Shown here piece after piece: positions 9,174 through 18,499 of a stretch of 64,000 bases of DNA. Within the stretch, counting starts at the first letter, position 1, and each line of letters begins with the position of its first letter. The translations under genes were made by a program, and so were the position numbers. The DNA comes from a virus (taxonomy: Duplodnaviria; Heunggongvirae; Uroviricota; Caudoviricetes): positions 46,159 through 110,158 of IMG/VR virus record IMGVR_UViG_3300042896_000947; one strand, 5' to 3'. The notes beneath the pieces were generated by a model, which saw only the letters and a program-made list of their open reading frames with translations, was not told the DNA's origin and did not search any database.

Positions 9174-10511
9174 TTATATTGAAACGCCCATGATTTCCAC
9201 CTTGCGCATCGGGTGCTCAAACTCGATGCAGTAGCCCGCCGCGTCGGCGGCGTGCTCCACGCCGGCCTTCTTGTCGACCTCGCGCGAGCCGGGCACGTAC
9301 AGCGTCTGCTCGAACGCCTCGATCAGCTTTTTGCAGCGCGGGTCGATGTAAAAGCGGATCGTGCCGTCGGCCGCGCGCAGCATGCGGTTGACCGAGTTGA
9401 CGCGGTCGGCCACGGGCGGGTGCTTGCGGCGGTACTTTTGCTTCTTGAAGCCGCGCTCCCGAAAGATGTCCAGGTCGGACTCGCCGCGCTGGTGACCCCG
9501 GTAGGCGCCGGCCGGATCTGGATAGATGACGATCTGGTCCAGGAAGCGCCAGTAGCGCCGCTCCAGCTCGTCGCACAGCTCCTGGGTGTTGGAGTTCATC
9601 AGGCAGATCTCGTCCACCGCCCACAGGTCGCCATTTTTTTGTCGCTGGAATACCACGGAGGACATCGGGTCGATGTTGAAATCCTGCCCGATCCAGATCG
9701 GCAGCGTGGGGTCGAACGCCAGCGGCTTGATGTGCACCGCCCGGTCGAACGGGTAGTAGACGCGTCCGCTCATGGTCATGAAGCTGGCGTTGAACTCCTG
9801 CTCGAAGGACTTTTCATCCATGTCGGCGCGGGCCGCCTCGATTTCCTCGACCGGGATGAAGGGCGAGGTGATGGTCGGGAACTGCCAGCTCGACCAGGCG
9901 CGGGCTTCTTCCTTCTGGCCGGCGCTCCACAGCTCGTGCAGCACGTTGAACGCCTTGGGCGTGCCGATGAACAGCGCGTGGCCGCCGGTGGAGGCCAGCG
10001 TCGGGCGCAGCACCTTCTTCCAGGCGTCCGGGCTGATGTCCTGCACCTCGTCCATGACCAGGTAGTGAATGCCGACGCCGCGCAGCGTGTCGGGGTTGTC
10101 GGCGCCCTTGAGTTCGATGCGGCTGCCGTTGACCAGCGTGATCGTCAGGATGGTCTCGTTGTACTTGCGGACCCAGCTGCGCGGAATCGCCTCGACCAGG
10201 TCGGGCCACATGATCTGCTTGGCCATGCGGTAGGACGGCGCGACGTACCAGATCAGGCGCCGGGGTTTGCGGGCGAACTTGATCAGGCAGATTTTGGCCA
10301 GCTGCGTCTTGCCCCAGCGCCGGCCCGCGACCACGACCTTGAAGCGGTGGCGGCTCTGGTAGACCTCCATCTGCTTGGGGTGCAGGAACAGCGTGTTGGC
10401 CGGCGGCCGGAAGTCCTCACGGATCGCGTCGCTTGCGGTCGCCAGTGCGCTCGCCAGCGCGAGCGGGGTGAGGGCGGTATCAATGCCCGCTTTGGCGGGC
10501 TTGGCACTCAC
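9174..10511 (-). CDS. Terminase large subunit
   Basis: Walker A VVAGRRWGKT and Walker B HYLVMDEVQD in the N-terminal ATPase domain. C-terminal nuclease domain. 445 aa, GTG start abutting the TerS stop. Confidence 0.9.
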   Translation of the reverse strand: MSAKPAKAGIDTALTPLALASALATASDAIREDFRPPANTLFLHPKQMEVYQSRHRFKVVVAGRRWGKTQLAKICLIKFARKPRRLIWYVAPSYRMAKQIMWPDLVEAIPRSWVRKYNETILTITLVNGSRIELKGADNPDTLRGVGIHYLVMDEVQDISPDAWKKVLRPTLASTGGHALFIGTPKAFNVLHELWSAGQKEEARAWSSWQFPTITSPFIPVEEIEAARADMDEKSFEQEFNASFMTMSGRVYYPFDRAVHIKPLAFDPTLPIWIGQDFNIDPMSSVVFQRQKNGDLWAVDEICLMNSNTQELCDELERRYWRFLDQIVIYPDPAGAYRGHQRGESDLDIFRERGFKKQKYRRKHPPVADRVNSVNRMLRAADGTIRFYIDPRCKKLIEAFEQTLYVPGSREVDKKAGVEHAADAAGYCIEFEHPMRKVEIMGVSI

Positions 10512-11150
10512 TTACGGCCCTTCTGCGAAGTCATCGGGCATCATGTCTGCCCCCGCGTCTGCGTCAGCGTCAAGCCCCATCTCGTCATCGAAGGAGCGGG
10601 ACTGCAGCTGCAGCATTTCGCCGGTGGTGAGTTCGCGCACGGTGAGTTCCGGCAGGTGGTCGTAGCCTTCTTCCTTGGCGTGCTTCTCCACGTCGAGCAC
10701 GGCGAACAATTCCTTGCGCGCGTTGCCGATCACGTCGCCGGCGAGCTTGAGCGCCATCATCACGTCCTTGAGCGTGCCGATGTCCACCTTGGCCTGACGG
10801 GCGCGCAAAATCTCCGCCCAGGCGATCTTGGCCAGGTTGCTCGACATCAGGAAGTGCTCGTTGCGCGTGGCGGCGATCTTGCGCATCGTCTCTTCGGTGT
10901 CCGACAGCGTGCGGGCCTCGACGGTCGCCATGACCTTCTTGACCGCCTCTTCCGCGCCGGAGCCCTTGACGATGCCCATGCGGGTGAACAGCCGGGACAG
11001 GGTCTCGGGCTGCTTCTTGTAGCGCTTGCCCAAATCTTCGAGCGTGACGGTGCCGGTGCGCCAGAGGGCGGCGGCCTCGGCCTTTTGCGCGACGGTCATC
11101 TGGCGAAACGTGACGGGCTTTTTCGGCTTCTTCTTTTCTGCTTCACTCAT
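10512..11150 (-). CDS. Terminase small subunit (HTH DNA-binding)
   Basis: 212 aa with a Lys-rich N-terminus and an acidic C-terminus, immediately upstream of TerL. Confidence 0.6.
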   Translation of the reverse strand: MSEAEKKKPKKPVTFRQMTVAQKAEAAALWRTGTVTLEDLGKRYKKQPETLSRLFTRMGIVKGSGAEEAVKKVMATVEARTLSDTEETMRKIAATRNEHFLMSSNLAKIAWAEILRARQAKVDIGTLKDVMMALKLAGDVIGNARKELFAVLDVEKHAKEEGYDHLPELTVRELTTGEMLQLQSRSFDDEMGLDADADAGADMMPDDFAEGP

Positions 11151-11419
11151 GCTTTTCTTCCGGGAGTTGGGCGGCTGTCATCAGTCGCTCGGTTTGTTCT
11201 TTTTGGGCGTTTTCGCCAAACGGTCATGTGATCGTTTGAGTCAGTTAATAGACAAGTCTTTTCTTCTTCAAAAGTTCTATATATAGGGAAAACAGAAAAA
11301 TGCTAACTGGTGATTTTCTTCAATGAAATCAATGAGTTGCACCTACTTTGATGATTCTGTAATTCCCGGGAGGAAATGGGGCGAAAAGAGACTTAATTCG
11401 AGCCTTCTTTGGTCCCATT

Positions 11420-11812
11420 TCAGTCCACGGCGAACTCCCGGAGGGAAGCGATTTCGGCGTCCAAATCGAGCACCTCGGGCCTCCCGGAGCGAAGGCTTGG
11501 GCTTTCCTTTTCGGCCGGTCCTTCAGGCTTTTCCGGCGCCATTCGGCGTGGGTCCAGCACGGCTTTGCCGGCTTCCAGCAGCCGGTAGCAGACCCGGTTG
11601 CGGCCCCGTCGGGACTCCAGCGGCGCCTTCTCGATGAACTTCTTGCCGACCATCGCCCGGATCGTGAACTGCGCGCTTTCCTTGCTCGGCGTCCAGGACA
11701 GCGTCTCCAGCAGCTGGTCGAAGTCCGCCAGGCGCTCGCCCAGCGCTTCCAGGCGACCGAGCGTGGTCAGAATCTCAAACTGGTAGGGCGTGACCCCTTT
11801 CAGGCCCCTCAT
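11420..11812 (-). CDS. Winged-helix transcriptional regulator (PadR/MarR-like)
   Basis: Start at MRGLKGVTPYQFEILTTLGRL. Contains ..RVCYRLLEAGKAVL.., a wing motif. Overlaps the upstream gene as ATGA. Confidence 0.45.
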   Translation of the reverse strand: MRGLKGVTPYQFEILTTLGRLEALGERLADFDQLLETLSWTPSKESAQFTIRAMVGKKFIEKAPLESRRGRNRVCYRLLEAGKAVLDPRRMAPEKPEGPAEKESPSLRSGRPEVLDLDAEIASLREFAVD

Positions 11813-12729
11813 GGGCTCACCACGGGGGTCCAGACGCGCGCCAAGGGCTCGTTCGGTCCCTGCTCGTCGAATGCGGTGATCGGCATGCACCCGGGCAGTT
11901 TCTGGGTGTCAACGGCCTGCCAGAGCCAGTACACGGTGGCGGAGAACACCAGCTGCATCACCTCCTTGAGGATGTGCTCGATGGACAGGCCGTTGATGCG
12001 GCTCATACCCAGGTCGCGCTTGTCGCCGGACTTCTCCATCGAACTCCAGCGGTAATAGAACTCGCGCAGCCGGCGGTCGAAGAACTCGCGCTCGGCCTCG
12101 GGGATGGCGCGAAACTCCTCCTGGATGGCCACGATGTCGTTCGGGTCGCTGCGAAAGTGGGCGGCGAAAAAGCGCAGGCCCGGCTCCAGGGCGGCGGCGC
12201 CCTTGGGCTTGACGAACTTCATGCCGGTCTTGATGGAAAACGGGTTGAAGCGCCCCATCGAGGACACCGACTCGACGAACTTGCGGCCGTAGCGCTCGCA
12301 GTACATCCGGTAGGCGATGTTCTTGAACCGGTAGGCGATGCCGGCCGAGCGGTACATGGTGTCCAGGACCGTGCGGTTGTTCCAGGTCATGTTCTTGTTG
12401 ATCCAGGACACGCGCGTCTGGTTGATCAGGCGGTTGTCGCGCCCGTTGGCGTTGGGCTTGAGGTGGGCAAACACCTGGTTGCGCCCGCCGCTGTGGATTT
12501 GCGGGTTGGCAAACACCATGATGCCGATCAGGTGGTCGGCCTCGCCTGGCTCCCTGAGCACGCAGCGCATGAAGCGGCTGCCGGCGGCGAGCGAGTGGCC
12601 CTTGTAGTGCAGCTCCTGCAGCGCCACCCAGTCGGCCATCTCGCCCCACTCGACGAAAATGTGCTTGAGCAGGCTCAGCTCCCGGCGTGCGGGCACCGCC
12701 AGGCGTGTGACGCAGACTTCATCGCTCAT
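11809..12729 (-). CDS. Hypothetical protein (306 aa)
   Basis: Start moved to MSDEVCV (ATGA overlap with the thioredoxin gene). No motif I recognise. Confidence 0.45.
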   Translation of the reverse strand: MSDEVCVTRLAVPARRELSLLKHIFVEWGEMADWVALQELHYKGHSLAAGSRFMRCVLREPGEADHLIGIMVFANPQIHSGGRNQVFAHLKPNANGRDNRLINQTRVSWINKNMTWNNRTVLDTMYRSAGIAYRFKNIAYRMYCERYGRKFVESVSSMGRFNPFSIKTGMKFVKPKGAAALEPGLRFFAAHFRSDPNDIVAIQEEFRAIPEAEREFFDRRLREFYYRWSSMEKSGDKRDLGMSRINGLSIEHILKEVMQLVFSATVYWLWQAVDTQKLPGCMPITAFDEQGPNEPLARVWTPVVSP

Positions 12730-13031
12730 GCTGCGCGCAACCCGGCTTGTTCGAGCAGCCCGGCGATCTCGCCGGCGGGCTTGTCGCCAGTGAAGGCGAT
12801 GAACCATTCGCCGCGGTGAACCGTCACGACCGCCGGCACGCTGCGCAGGCCCAGCATGCGCACCATCGGCAGCTCGGCCGCGCTGTTGAATTCCTCCAGA
12901 GGCGTCCCGGTTTGCTTGCAGACCTCGCGCAGCTTGGGCTTGAGGGCGTTGCACGGGGCGCAGTTGGTCCCGTAGAACAGCGCCACGACAGGGTGGGCAT
13001 GCTCAGCGCGGAGCAGTTCGTCAAAAGTCAT
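12726..13031 (-). CDS. Thioredoxin-like protein (CAPC active site)
   Basis: 101 aa, ..FYGTNCAPCNALKP.. thioredoxin-fold motif. Confidence 0.6.
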   Translation of the reverse strand: MTFDELLRAEHAHPVVALFYGTNCAPCNALKPKLREVCKQTGTPLEEFNSAAELPMVRMLGLRSVPAVVTVHRGEWFIAFTGDKPAGEIAGLLEQAGLRAA

Positions 13032-13393
13032 TTCGCACTCCCGGCCTGACGCGGAATCCCGGCGCGGGCAAAGAACGCCTGCTGGGCGATCTGCTCGACG
13101 GCGCTGTTGGTGTTGACCGGCGTGCCGACCATCTTGAGCTGGCGCTTCGGGGGAAAGTGCGGGTGCTGACGGATGTCCACGCCGGCGAGCAGCTGCAAAA
13201 AGCGTGCGGAGCCTTCGTCGGCGACACTGCGGGCGGCACCGGCGTCCTGCGCCATCATGGTGAGGTTGCAGTGCCAGGACCAGGCATAGTCCGGGTCGTC
13301 CCGGAGCGCCTGGGTCACGACAGCCATGGCGGCCGGCAGACTCAGCAGGCTGCCCATGTCGGAGGCATGCAGGGTGATGTCAAGTTTGGCCAT
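13028..13393 (-). CDS. Hypothetical protein
   Basis: 121 aa ORF, translationally coupled in the operon. Confidence 0.4.
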   Translation of the reverse strand: MAKLDITLHASDMGSLLSLPAAMAVVTQALRDDPDYAWSWHCNLTMMAQDAGAARSVADEGSARFLQLLAGVDIRQHPHFPPKRQLKMVGTPVNTNSAVEQIAQQAFFARAGIPRQAGSAK

Positions 13394-13396
13394 GGT

Positions 13397-13642
13397 TCAG
13401 GCGCCCCAGGTAATTGCTTTGACCGCCCACATCTGCGATGTCTGGGCTTCGGTGATGGCGATGGACGCCAGGCGGGCAACTTCAGCGCGACCACTGAGGG
13501 TGGCGCTCACACGCAGGTCGTTCAGCTGGTCAATGGCAGCGGCATAGCTGCGCTTGCACTGGTCGACGGCCGGATTGCCGCCGGGATTGAAGGACACGCC
13601 GACGGCTTTTTCGCCGAAGGTTGGTTCGCGGGCAATGGTCAT
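13397..13642 (-). CDS. Hypothetical protein
   Basis: 81 aa ORF. Confidence 0.4.
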   Translation of the reverse strand: MTIAREPTFGEKAVGVSFNPGGNPAVDQCKRSYAAAIDQLNDLRVSATLSGRAEVARLASIAITEAQTSQMWAVKAITWGA

Positions 13643-13645
13643 GGT

Positions 13646-14359
13646 TCAGAGTCCTTTGAGCAAAAGCTCGTTGATGTCTTGGCGGGTCATGGGCGCTTCG
13701 GCCGCCAGGCGGGCAGCGCTCTCGAAATAGTCCACGCGCACCTTCTCGCGAAAGCGCTTGTCCACGACCAGGCTGGGGAACAGGTCGGGCTTCATGTCGG
13801 TGTGGGTGGTGGCCACCAGCACGGTGGCGCCCATACGGCGCGCCTGGTTCTGCAGCGAGTAGGCGATCACCTTGGCCGACGTGCGGTCCAGCACCGCCAG
13901 GAACTCGTCGGCGACCCAGACCTCGGCACCGGTCTCCATGGCCTTGGCCAGGCGCAGGCGGTAGCGCTGGCCGTCGGACAGCTCCGAGGGCTTGCGGACC
14001 CACAGGTGGGCGTCGTTGATGCCGGCCATGCCCAGCAGGCGAATGGCGTCATCGGTGTTCTTGCCGATCTGGTCCACCAGCGCGCAGTCGGCGAACACGA
14101 TGTCGTCCAGGTTGATCACCGACTGGCCGCGCGCGGCCATCTGGCGGGCCAGCTCGCGCAGCAGCACGCTCTTGCCGCCGCCCGACTGGCCGGTGATGTA
14201 GACCACGTCGCCTTTTTCGATGTTCAGGCTCAGCTGGTCAAAGACGACGAAGTCCTTTTCCTCCAGCCCGATGCCGAACGCTTCGGCCACGTCAAGCACC
14301 CGGGGCGAGCGCTGGGCGCGGGTCTTGAAACGGATGTCCACCAGGTAGGGTTCGGTCAT
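13646..14359 (-). CDS. Standalone ABC-type ATPase (nucleotide-binding domain only)
   Basis: Walker A GQSGGGKS, signature LSDGQRYR, Walker B VWVADEF, D-loop LAVLD, H-loop THTD. Confidence 0.8.
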   Translation of the reverse strand: MTEPYLVDIRFKTRAQRSPRVLDVAEAFGIGLEEKDFVVFDQLSLNIEKGDVVYITGQSGGGKSVLLRELARQMAARGQSVINLDDIVFADCALVDQIGKNTDDAIRLLGMAGINDAHLWVRKPSELSDGQRYRLRLAKAMETGAEVWVADEFLAVLDRTSAKVIAYSLQNQARRMGATVLVATTHTDMKPDLFPSLVVDKRFREKVRVDYFESAARLAAEAPMTRQDINELLLKGL

Positions 14360-14651
14360 TTGGAGGTCTCCCAGCGCTTGAGCGCCTCGATAGCAGTCAG
14401 TTCAGGAACCAGGGTCGCGCCGTAGCGGCCCGTGGTGGCGTAGGCAAACAACCGGATGGCGGCAGCCCGTACTAGCCAGCGCGGCAGCCAGAAGGCGATG
14501 CCCATCACGGCGCGGGCGCGCCACTCACCGAGCTTCCAGCGCGACTCCACGATCAGCAGGCGCAGCCAGAGCGGCTGCAGGCAGGCGGTGACCTCAATGC
14601 AGATGACGGCCAGCACCAGCAGGGTCGTGACAAGGATTTCGTTATCAGTCA
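14356..14651 (-). CDS. Small membrane protein
   Basis: Start MTDNEILVTTLLVLAVICIEV. Two or three hydrophobic helices. RBS GGAG. Confidence 0.45.
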
Positions 14652-14659
14652 TGAGTGAA

Positions 14660-15316
14660 TTACTCCACCGAGGCGGCAAAAGCCACCAGTGCTTCGGCAT
14701 CCTTGAGCCCTGTGACGGCTTCCGCCTTGGACATCATGCTGGCGATGGCAATCTGCCCGGCCGAGGAGATGTCCTTGAAGCCAAACGCCTTGGACAGCGG
14801 TACGCGCACGCCGGCATCCTTGGCGCGCTCGGTGCGTTCGTCCATGTCGCGGCGCTGCTCTTCGAGCACGGCCCCCATGTCGGTGACGAAGGCGTCCGGG
14901 TTCATGATGCCCAGGTCGGCCACGGCGAACTCCAGCTCCTTGACATCGAAGATGCCCGAGAGATCGGCGTCCAAGTCGCCCAGCTCCAGGCGCAGCAGCT
15001 CGGGGTCGATGTCCGAGATCGCCACGCGGTTGTCGGCCAGGCGCGCCGCGCGCACCTCGTCGGCCGACAGGTCGCGGCGGCACCACACCGGCACGGTCTT
15101 CATGCCCAGCTCGATGGCGGCCAGGCGCCGGCCGTGGCCCTTGATGATCAGGCCGTTCTTGTCCACCACGATGGGCTGGTCAAAGCCGAAGCGGGAGATC
15201 GCCTGCACGATGCGGGCGACCTGCTCCTTGTCGTGCTTTTTGACGTTCAGGTCATAGGGAATCAGGTGCTCGATCGGCCAGCGTTCGAGTTCGATGGAGG
15301 CTTCTTTTTTGCTCAC
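14660..15316 (-). CDS. ParB-like nuclease domain protein (ParB/Srx N-terminal fold)
   Basis: ..DQPIVVDKNGLIIKGHGRRLAAIELG.. ParB N-terminal motif. 218 aa. Confidence 0.7.
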   Translation of the reverse strand: MSKKEASIELERWPIEHLIPYDLNVKKHDKEQVARIVQAISRFGFDQPIVVDKNGLIIKGHGRRLAAIELGMKTVPVWCRRDLSADEVRAARLADNRVAISDIDPELLRLELGDLDADLSGIFDVKELEFAVADLGIMNPDAFVTDMGAVLEEQRRDMDERTERAKDAGVRVPLSKAFGFKDISSAGQIAIASMMSKAEAVTGLKDAEALVAFAASVE

Positions 15317-15519
15317 AGCGGGGTGTCCCTTTGGGGTGTGGTCTCGGACAGCATCAGCTCGCCGTCCTCGACAAAGATGATGATTTCAGTCAGCACGCCG
15401 TCATCGGCCAGCGCGCCCAGGAGGATTTCGCCCTCTTCGTTGGTGCCGCACACGACGATGCGCGCGCCCAGCAGGCGCTGCACGATGCCTGCGCCCAGCG
15501 CGGTCTGCTCGGCGCTCAC
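15313..15519 (-). CDS. Hypothetical small protein
   Basis: 68 aa, GTG start overlapping the upstream stop. Confidence 0.35.
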   Translation of the reverse strand: MSAEQTALGAGIVQRLLGARIVVCGTNEEGEILLGALADDGVLTEIIIFVEDGELMLSETTPQRDTPL

Positions 15520-15677
15520 AGCGGGTGCTCCGAAATGACCGTCACCACGACGACCGGCTTGTCGGTGATGTAGGCAACGGCGGCCGCGCGGGCCTGCTCC
15601 AGCTCGGCGGCCTTGACGCCGACGACGGCGGTCTTGCCCTTGCTGTCCAGCGTCAGGAGGCGGTACAGCGTGCTCAT
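15516..15677 (-). CDS. Hypothetical small protein (53 aa, MSTLYRLLTLDSKGK..)
   Basis: Found by manual translation. ATGA overlap with neighbours. Below the ORF-track size cutoff. Confidence 0.3.
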   Translation of the reverse strand: MSTLYRLLTLDSKGKTAVVGVKAAELEQARAAAVAYITDKPVVVVTVISEHPL

Positions 15678-15850
15678 GCCTGGCCCCCGGGGATGCAGAT
15701 CAGCAGCGTGGTGACCGGCAAGCCGCTTGTCTGCAAGGCGCCATTCACCTTGGCACGCAGGGTGTCATGGTCGGCACCGGCGGCACTGCCCACCAGGGTG
15801 CGGCCATTGGCCAGGCGCATGCCGATGCGAAAGAAGTGGGGTGCGTTCAT
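15674..15850 (-). CDS. Hypothetical small protein (58 aa, MNAPHFFRIGMRLANG..)
   Basis: Found by manual translation. ATGA overlaps on both sides. Confidence 0.3.
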   Translation of the reverse strand: MNAPHFFRIGMRLANGRTLVGSAAGADHDTLRAKVNGALQTSGLPVTTLLICIPGGQA

Positions 15851-16020
15851 GCGAAGGTCAGCTCCCGGCCGCGACGGGCCTGTATTTCAAGTTCGTCGGA
15901 ACCCACTTCGTTGGGTTCATACTGGTCGGCCTCGTCGCAAAAGGCGCAGGTGCTGCTGTCGGCATAAGCGCAGCTGTTGCATTCGTCAAACCCGTTATCG
16001 TTGCGGATACGGATGAACAT
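15847..16020 (-). CDS. Small Cys-rich (CxxC..CxxC) zinc-ribbon-like protein (57 aa)
   Basis: Found by manual translation: MFIRIRNDNGFDECNSCAYADSSTCAFCDEADQYEP... TGATG overlap with the upstream ParB-like gene. Confidence 0.3.
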   Translation of the reverse strand: MFIRIRNDNGFDECNSCAYADSSTCAFCDEADQYEPNEVGSDELEIQARRGRELTFA

Positions 16021-16733
16021 CACATGACTTCTCTGGCTGCGTTGGCCATTTCGACCAGCGCCATGCCGGCGGCCACCATCGAGTCCTGCTCGGCGGCAAA
16101 GCCCTTGGACTTGATCACGTACTGGATGAACTTCTCCAGCCGGTCGCGGTCCTCGACGGGCACCTTGAAGCGCATCAACTCATGCGTGACGGTCGCACGC
16201 GGCGCGTCTGCATCGGGCAACGGGCCCACGTCCGGGTCGGTGTCGTCGAAACCGAGGTCGTCAAGGTTCACCGCAGAGCTGGCGAAGATGCCGGCCAGGT
16301 CGGACTCGTCAAAGGGCAGCAGTTCGAGCATCTGCGCGTCCATCTCGCCCAGGATCGAAGCGAGCTTGAGCGCGTCGTCCTCGCCGTAGCGGCCGTTGTC
16401 GGCCAGGCCGAGCGCCATGGCGCGCTGGTCGGAAACACCCTGCAGAATGACCACCGGGATGGACTCGATGCCCATCTCGACAGCCTTACGGGCGCGATGC
16501 TCCCCACCTATAATTTGAAGCACACCCCCTTCGATTTCCCTGCACACGATGGGCTTGATGAAGCCGAACTCACGGATGCTCGCTTCGAGCCGAGCCTCCA
16601 TGTCGGGGCCGACGCGGTTGCTGTTCCAGGGGTTAGGCTGGAGCGCTCCGGGCGAGCAGTAGTCAATTTGGATTTTGGTCACTTGGCTAGGTATAAGGGA
16701 TAATGGATAAGTCAGCACTGACTGTATAAGCAT
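16020..16733 (-). CDS. ParB-like nuclease domain protein, paralog of 14660-15316
   Basis: ..LQPNPWNSNRV.. and ..IVCREIEGGVLQIIGGEHRARKAVEMG.. ParB N-terminal motifs. The C-terminal region is similar to the other paralog (LELGDLDADLSGIF vs LELLPFDESDLAGIF). Start uncertain (16733 or 16754). Confidence 0.65.
   Translation of the reverse strand: MLIQSVLTYPLSLIPSQVTKIQIDYCSPGALQPNPWNSNRVGPDMEARLEASIREFGFIKPIVCREIEGGVLQIIGGEHRARKAVEMGIESIPVVILQGVSDQRAMALGLADNGRYGEDDALKLASILGEMDAQMLELLPFDESDLAGIFASSAVNLDDLGFDDTDPDVGPLPDADAPRATVTHELMRFKVPVEDRDRLEKFIQYVIKSKGFAAEQDSMVAAGMALVEMANAAREVM
16710..16723. promoter_or_regulatory. Palindrome AGTCAG-ca-CTGACT in the divergent promoter region between ParB-like (minus) and helicase (plus) genes
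   Basis: Perfect 6-bp arms. Confidence 0.55.
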
Positions 16734-16742
16734 TTCATAACT

Positions 16743-18476
16743 TTGGCAAGCCACATGATCCAGATAGCCTCAAACGCGACCGACGCCCGACTGCTCAACG
16801 CCCCGAAGGACGCGCTGCTGGAGGTTCACCGCCTGCTCAGCTACAAGGTGCAGGGCTCCGAGCACATGGCGGCCTTCCAGTCGGGCAACTGGGGCGGGCG
16901 CAGCTCCTTTTTCAACTTCGACAAGGCGCACTTTCCGGCCGGCTTTGTCGACCTGGTGGCGCGCGGTCTGCGCAAGCTCGGCCATGAGGTGCAGCTGCTG
17001 GCCAAGCCCCGGCCCGAGCCGCTGGGCCCGGAACGCCCGGTGGTCAGCGCCTTCGGCTACAGCGAGCGCTACGACTACCAGCCGCTCACGGTGGACAAGC
17101 TGATCCAGCACGGCAAGATGGTGGCCCAGGTCGCCACGGGCGGGGGCAAATCCATCATTGCGCGCATCGCCTACAAGCGCATCGACCGCCCGACGCTGTT
17201 TTTGACCACGCGCGGCATCTTGATGCACCAGATGCGCAAGGCCGTTGTCGAGGAGATGCGCGAAGAGGTCGCGGTGCTGGGTGACGGCGAGTGGGGCATC
17301 CCCTACACCCGTCCGGACGGCACCAAGGGCCGGCGCCTAACCAAGTTCTGTGTCGGCATGGTGCAAACGCTCAGTCAGCGCCTGGAGGTCATGACCGTCG
17401 AGGGCGAGCTGCTGGCACTCAACCAGCGCCGGGCGGCGGCAGTGGCCAAGGCGGTGCAGGCCGCCCGCGCCAAGCTGCAAAAGGATGGCATGCTGCCCCA
17501 CCTGATCGGTCAGGAGGTCAACCGCGTGGTGGCCACCATGGGCGCGCGCCTGCCCAGCCCCAAGCTGGACCGCAGCCAGATCGAGACCAAGGTGGCCAAG
17601 CACGAACGCATCCGGGAGGGTACGCTCAAGTTTCTGGAGCGCTTCGAACTGGTGATTGCCGAGGAGGCCCACGAACTCTCGGGCACCGGTTTTTACACCG
17701 TCATGGCGGCCTGCAAGAATGCCCACTACCGGCTCGCGCTGACCGCCACCCCGTTCATGAAGGACGACGAGGAAGCCAACATGCGGCTGCTGGCCGCCTG
17801 CGGCCCGGTCGCCATCAAGATCAGCGAGCAGATGCTCATCGAGCGCGGCATCCTGGCCAAGCCTTATTTCAAGTTTCTCAAGCTCGACGAAGCCCGCAAG
17901 CCCAAGAGCCTGTTCCGCAGCACGCCCTGGCAGAAGGCTTATGCCACCGGCATCGTCACCAACGAGTACCGCAACAAGCTGATGTGCGCCGAGGTGCTGC
18001 GCGCCATGCGCTACGGGCTGAACGCCATGATGCTGGTGCAGTACAAGGCGCACGGCGAGATTTTAAGGGCCATGCTGACGGCCGCTGGCGCCCGGGCCGA
18101 CTTCATTGACGGCGACTCCAGCCAGGAAGAGCGCCAGGACTGCCTGAACCGGCTCGGCCGGGGTGACCTGGACGTGCTGATCGGCTCGACCATCCTGGAT
18201 GTCGGCGTCGATGTGCCCTCCATCGGCATGATCGTGCTCGCCGGCGGCGGCAAGGCCGAGGTGGCGCTGCGCCAGCGCATCGGGCGCGGCCTGCGCGAGA
18301 AGAAACGCGGCCCCAACGTGGCGCTGATCGTCGATGTGTACGACGAGTTCAACAACCACACCAAGGGGCACTCGGCCGAGCGTCAGGCGATCATCAAAGC
18401 GACCCCGGGCTTTGCCGAAAACATCGTGCGGGACTTTGACTATGTCGCGCTGGGCTTTGACAAGCGCGCAGCTTGA
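16743..18476 (+). CDS. SF2 DEAD/DEAH-box DNA helicase
   Basis: Motif I ATGGGKS, motif II AEEAHE, motif III LTATP. 577 aa. Start may be the second ATG at 16755. Confidence 0.85.
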   Translation: MASHMIQIASNATDARLLNAPKDALLEVHRLLSYKVQGSEHMAAFQSGNWGGRSSFFNFDKAHFPAGFVDLVARGLRKLGHEVQLLAKPRPEPLGPERPVVSAFGYSERYDYQPLTVDKLIQHGKMVAQVATGGGKSIIARIAYKRIDRPTLFLTTRGILMHQMRKAVVEEMREEVAVLGDGEWGIPYTRPDGTKGRRLTKFCVGMVQTLSQRLEVMTVEGELLALNQRRAAAVAKAVQAARAKLQKDGMLPHLIGQEVNRVVATMGARLPSPKLDRSQIETKVAKHERIREGTLKFLERFELVIAEEAHELSGTGFYTVMAACKNAHYRLALTATPFMKDDEEANMRLLAACGPVAIKISEQMLIERGILAKPYFKFLKLDEARKPKSLFRSTPWQKAYATGIVTNEYRNKLMCAEVLRAMRYGLNAMMLVQYKAHGEILRAMLTAAGARADFIDGDSSQEERQDCLNRLGRGDLDVLIGSTILDVGVDVPSIGMIVLAGGGKAEVALRQRIGRGLREKKRGPNVALIVDVYDEFNNHTKGHSAERQAIIKATPGFAENIVRDFDYVALGFDKRAA

Positions 18477-18499
18477 CCCCAGCCCCGGGCACTGGCATA

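Noticed and set aside
11323-11637. 104-aa plus-strand ORF in the AT-rich region upstream of terS
   Set aside because: Runs from the probable late promoter region into the antisense of the wHTH gene. Arg/Pro-rich tail.
11909-12649. 246-aa minus-strand ORF in an alternative frame of the 306-aa gene
   Set aside because: Arg/Pro/Gln-rich off-frame translation. The overlapping frame gives a normal protein with coupled start and stop overlaps.
16733-16755. 12-nt overlap of divergent gene starts (ParB-like minus gene against helicase plus gene)
   Set aside because: Most likely one or both start codons are mis-set. The internal ATG at 16733 (minus) or 16755 (plus) removes the overlap. Not treated as a real antisense arrangement.
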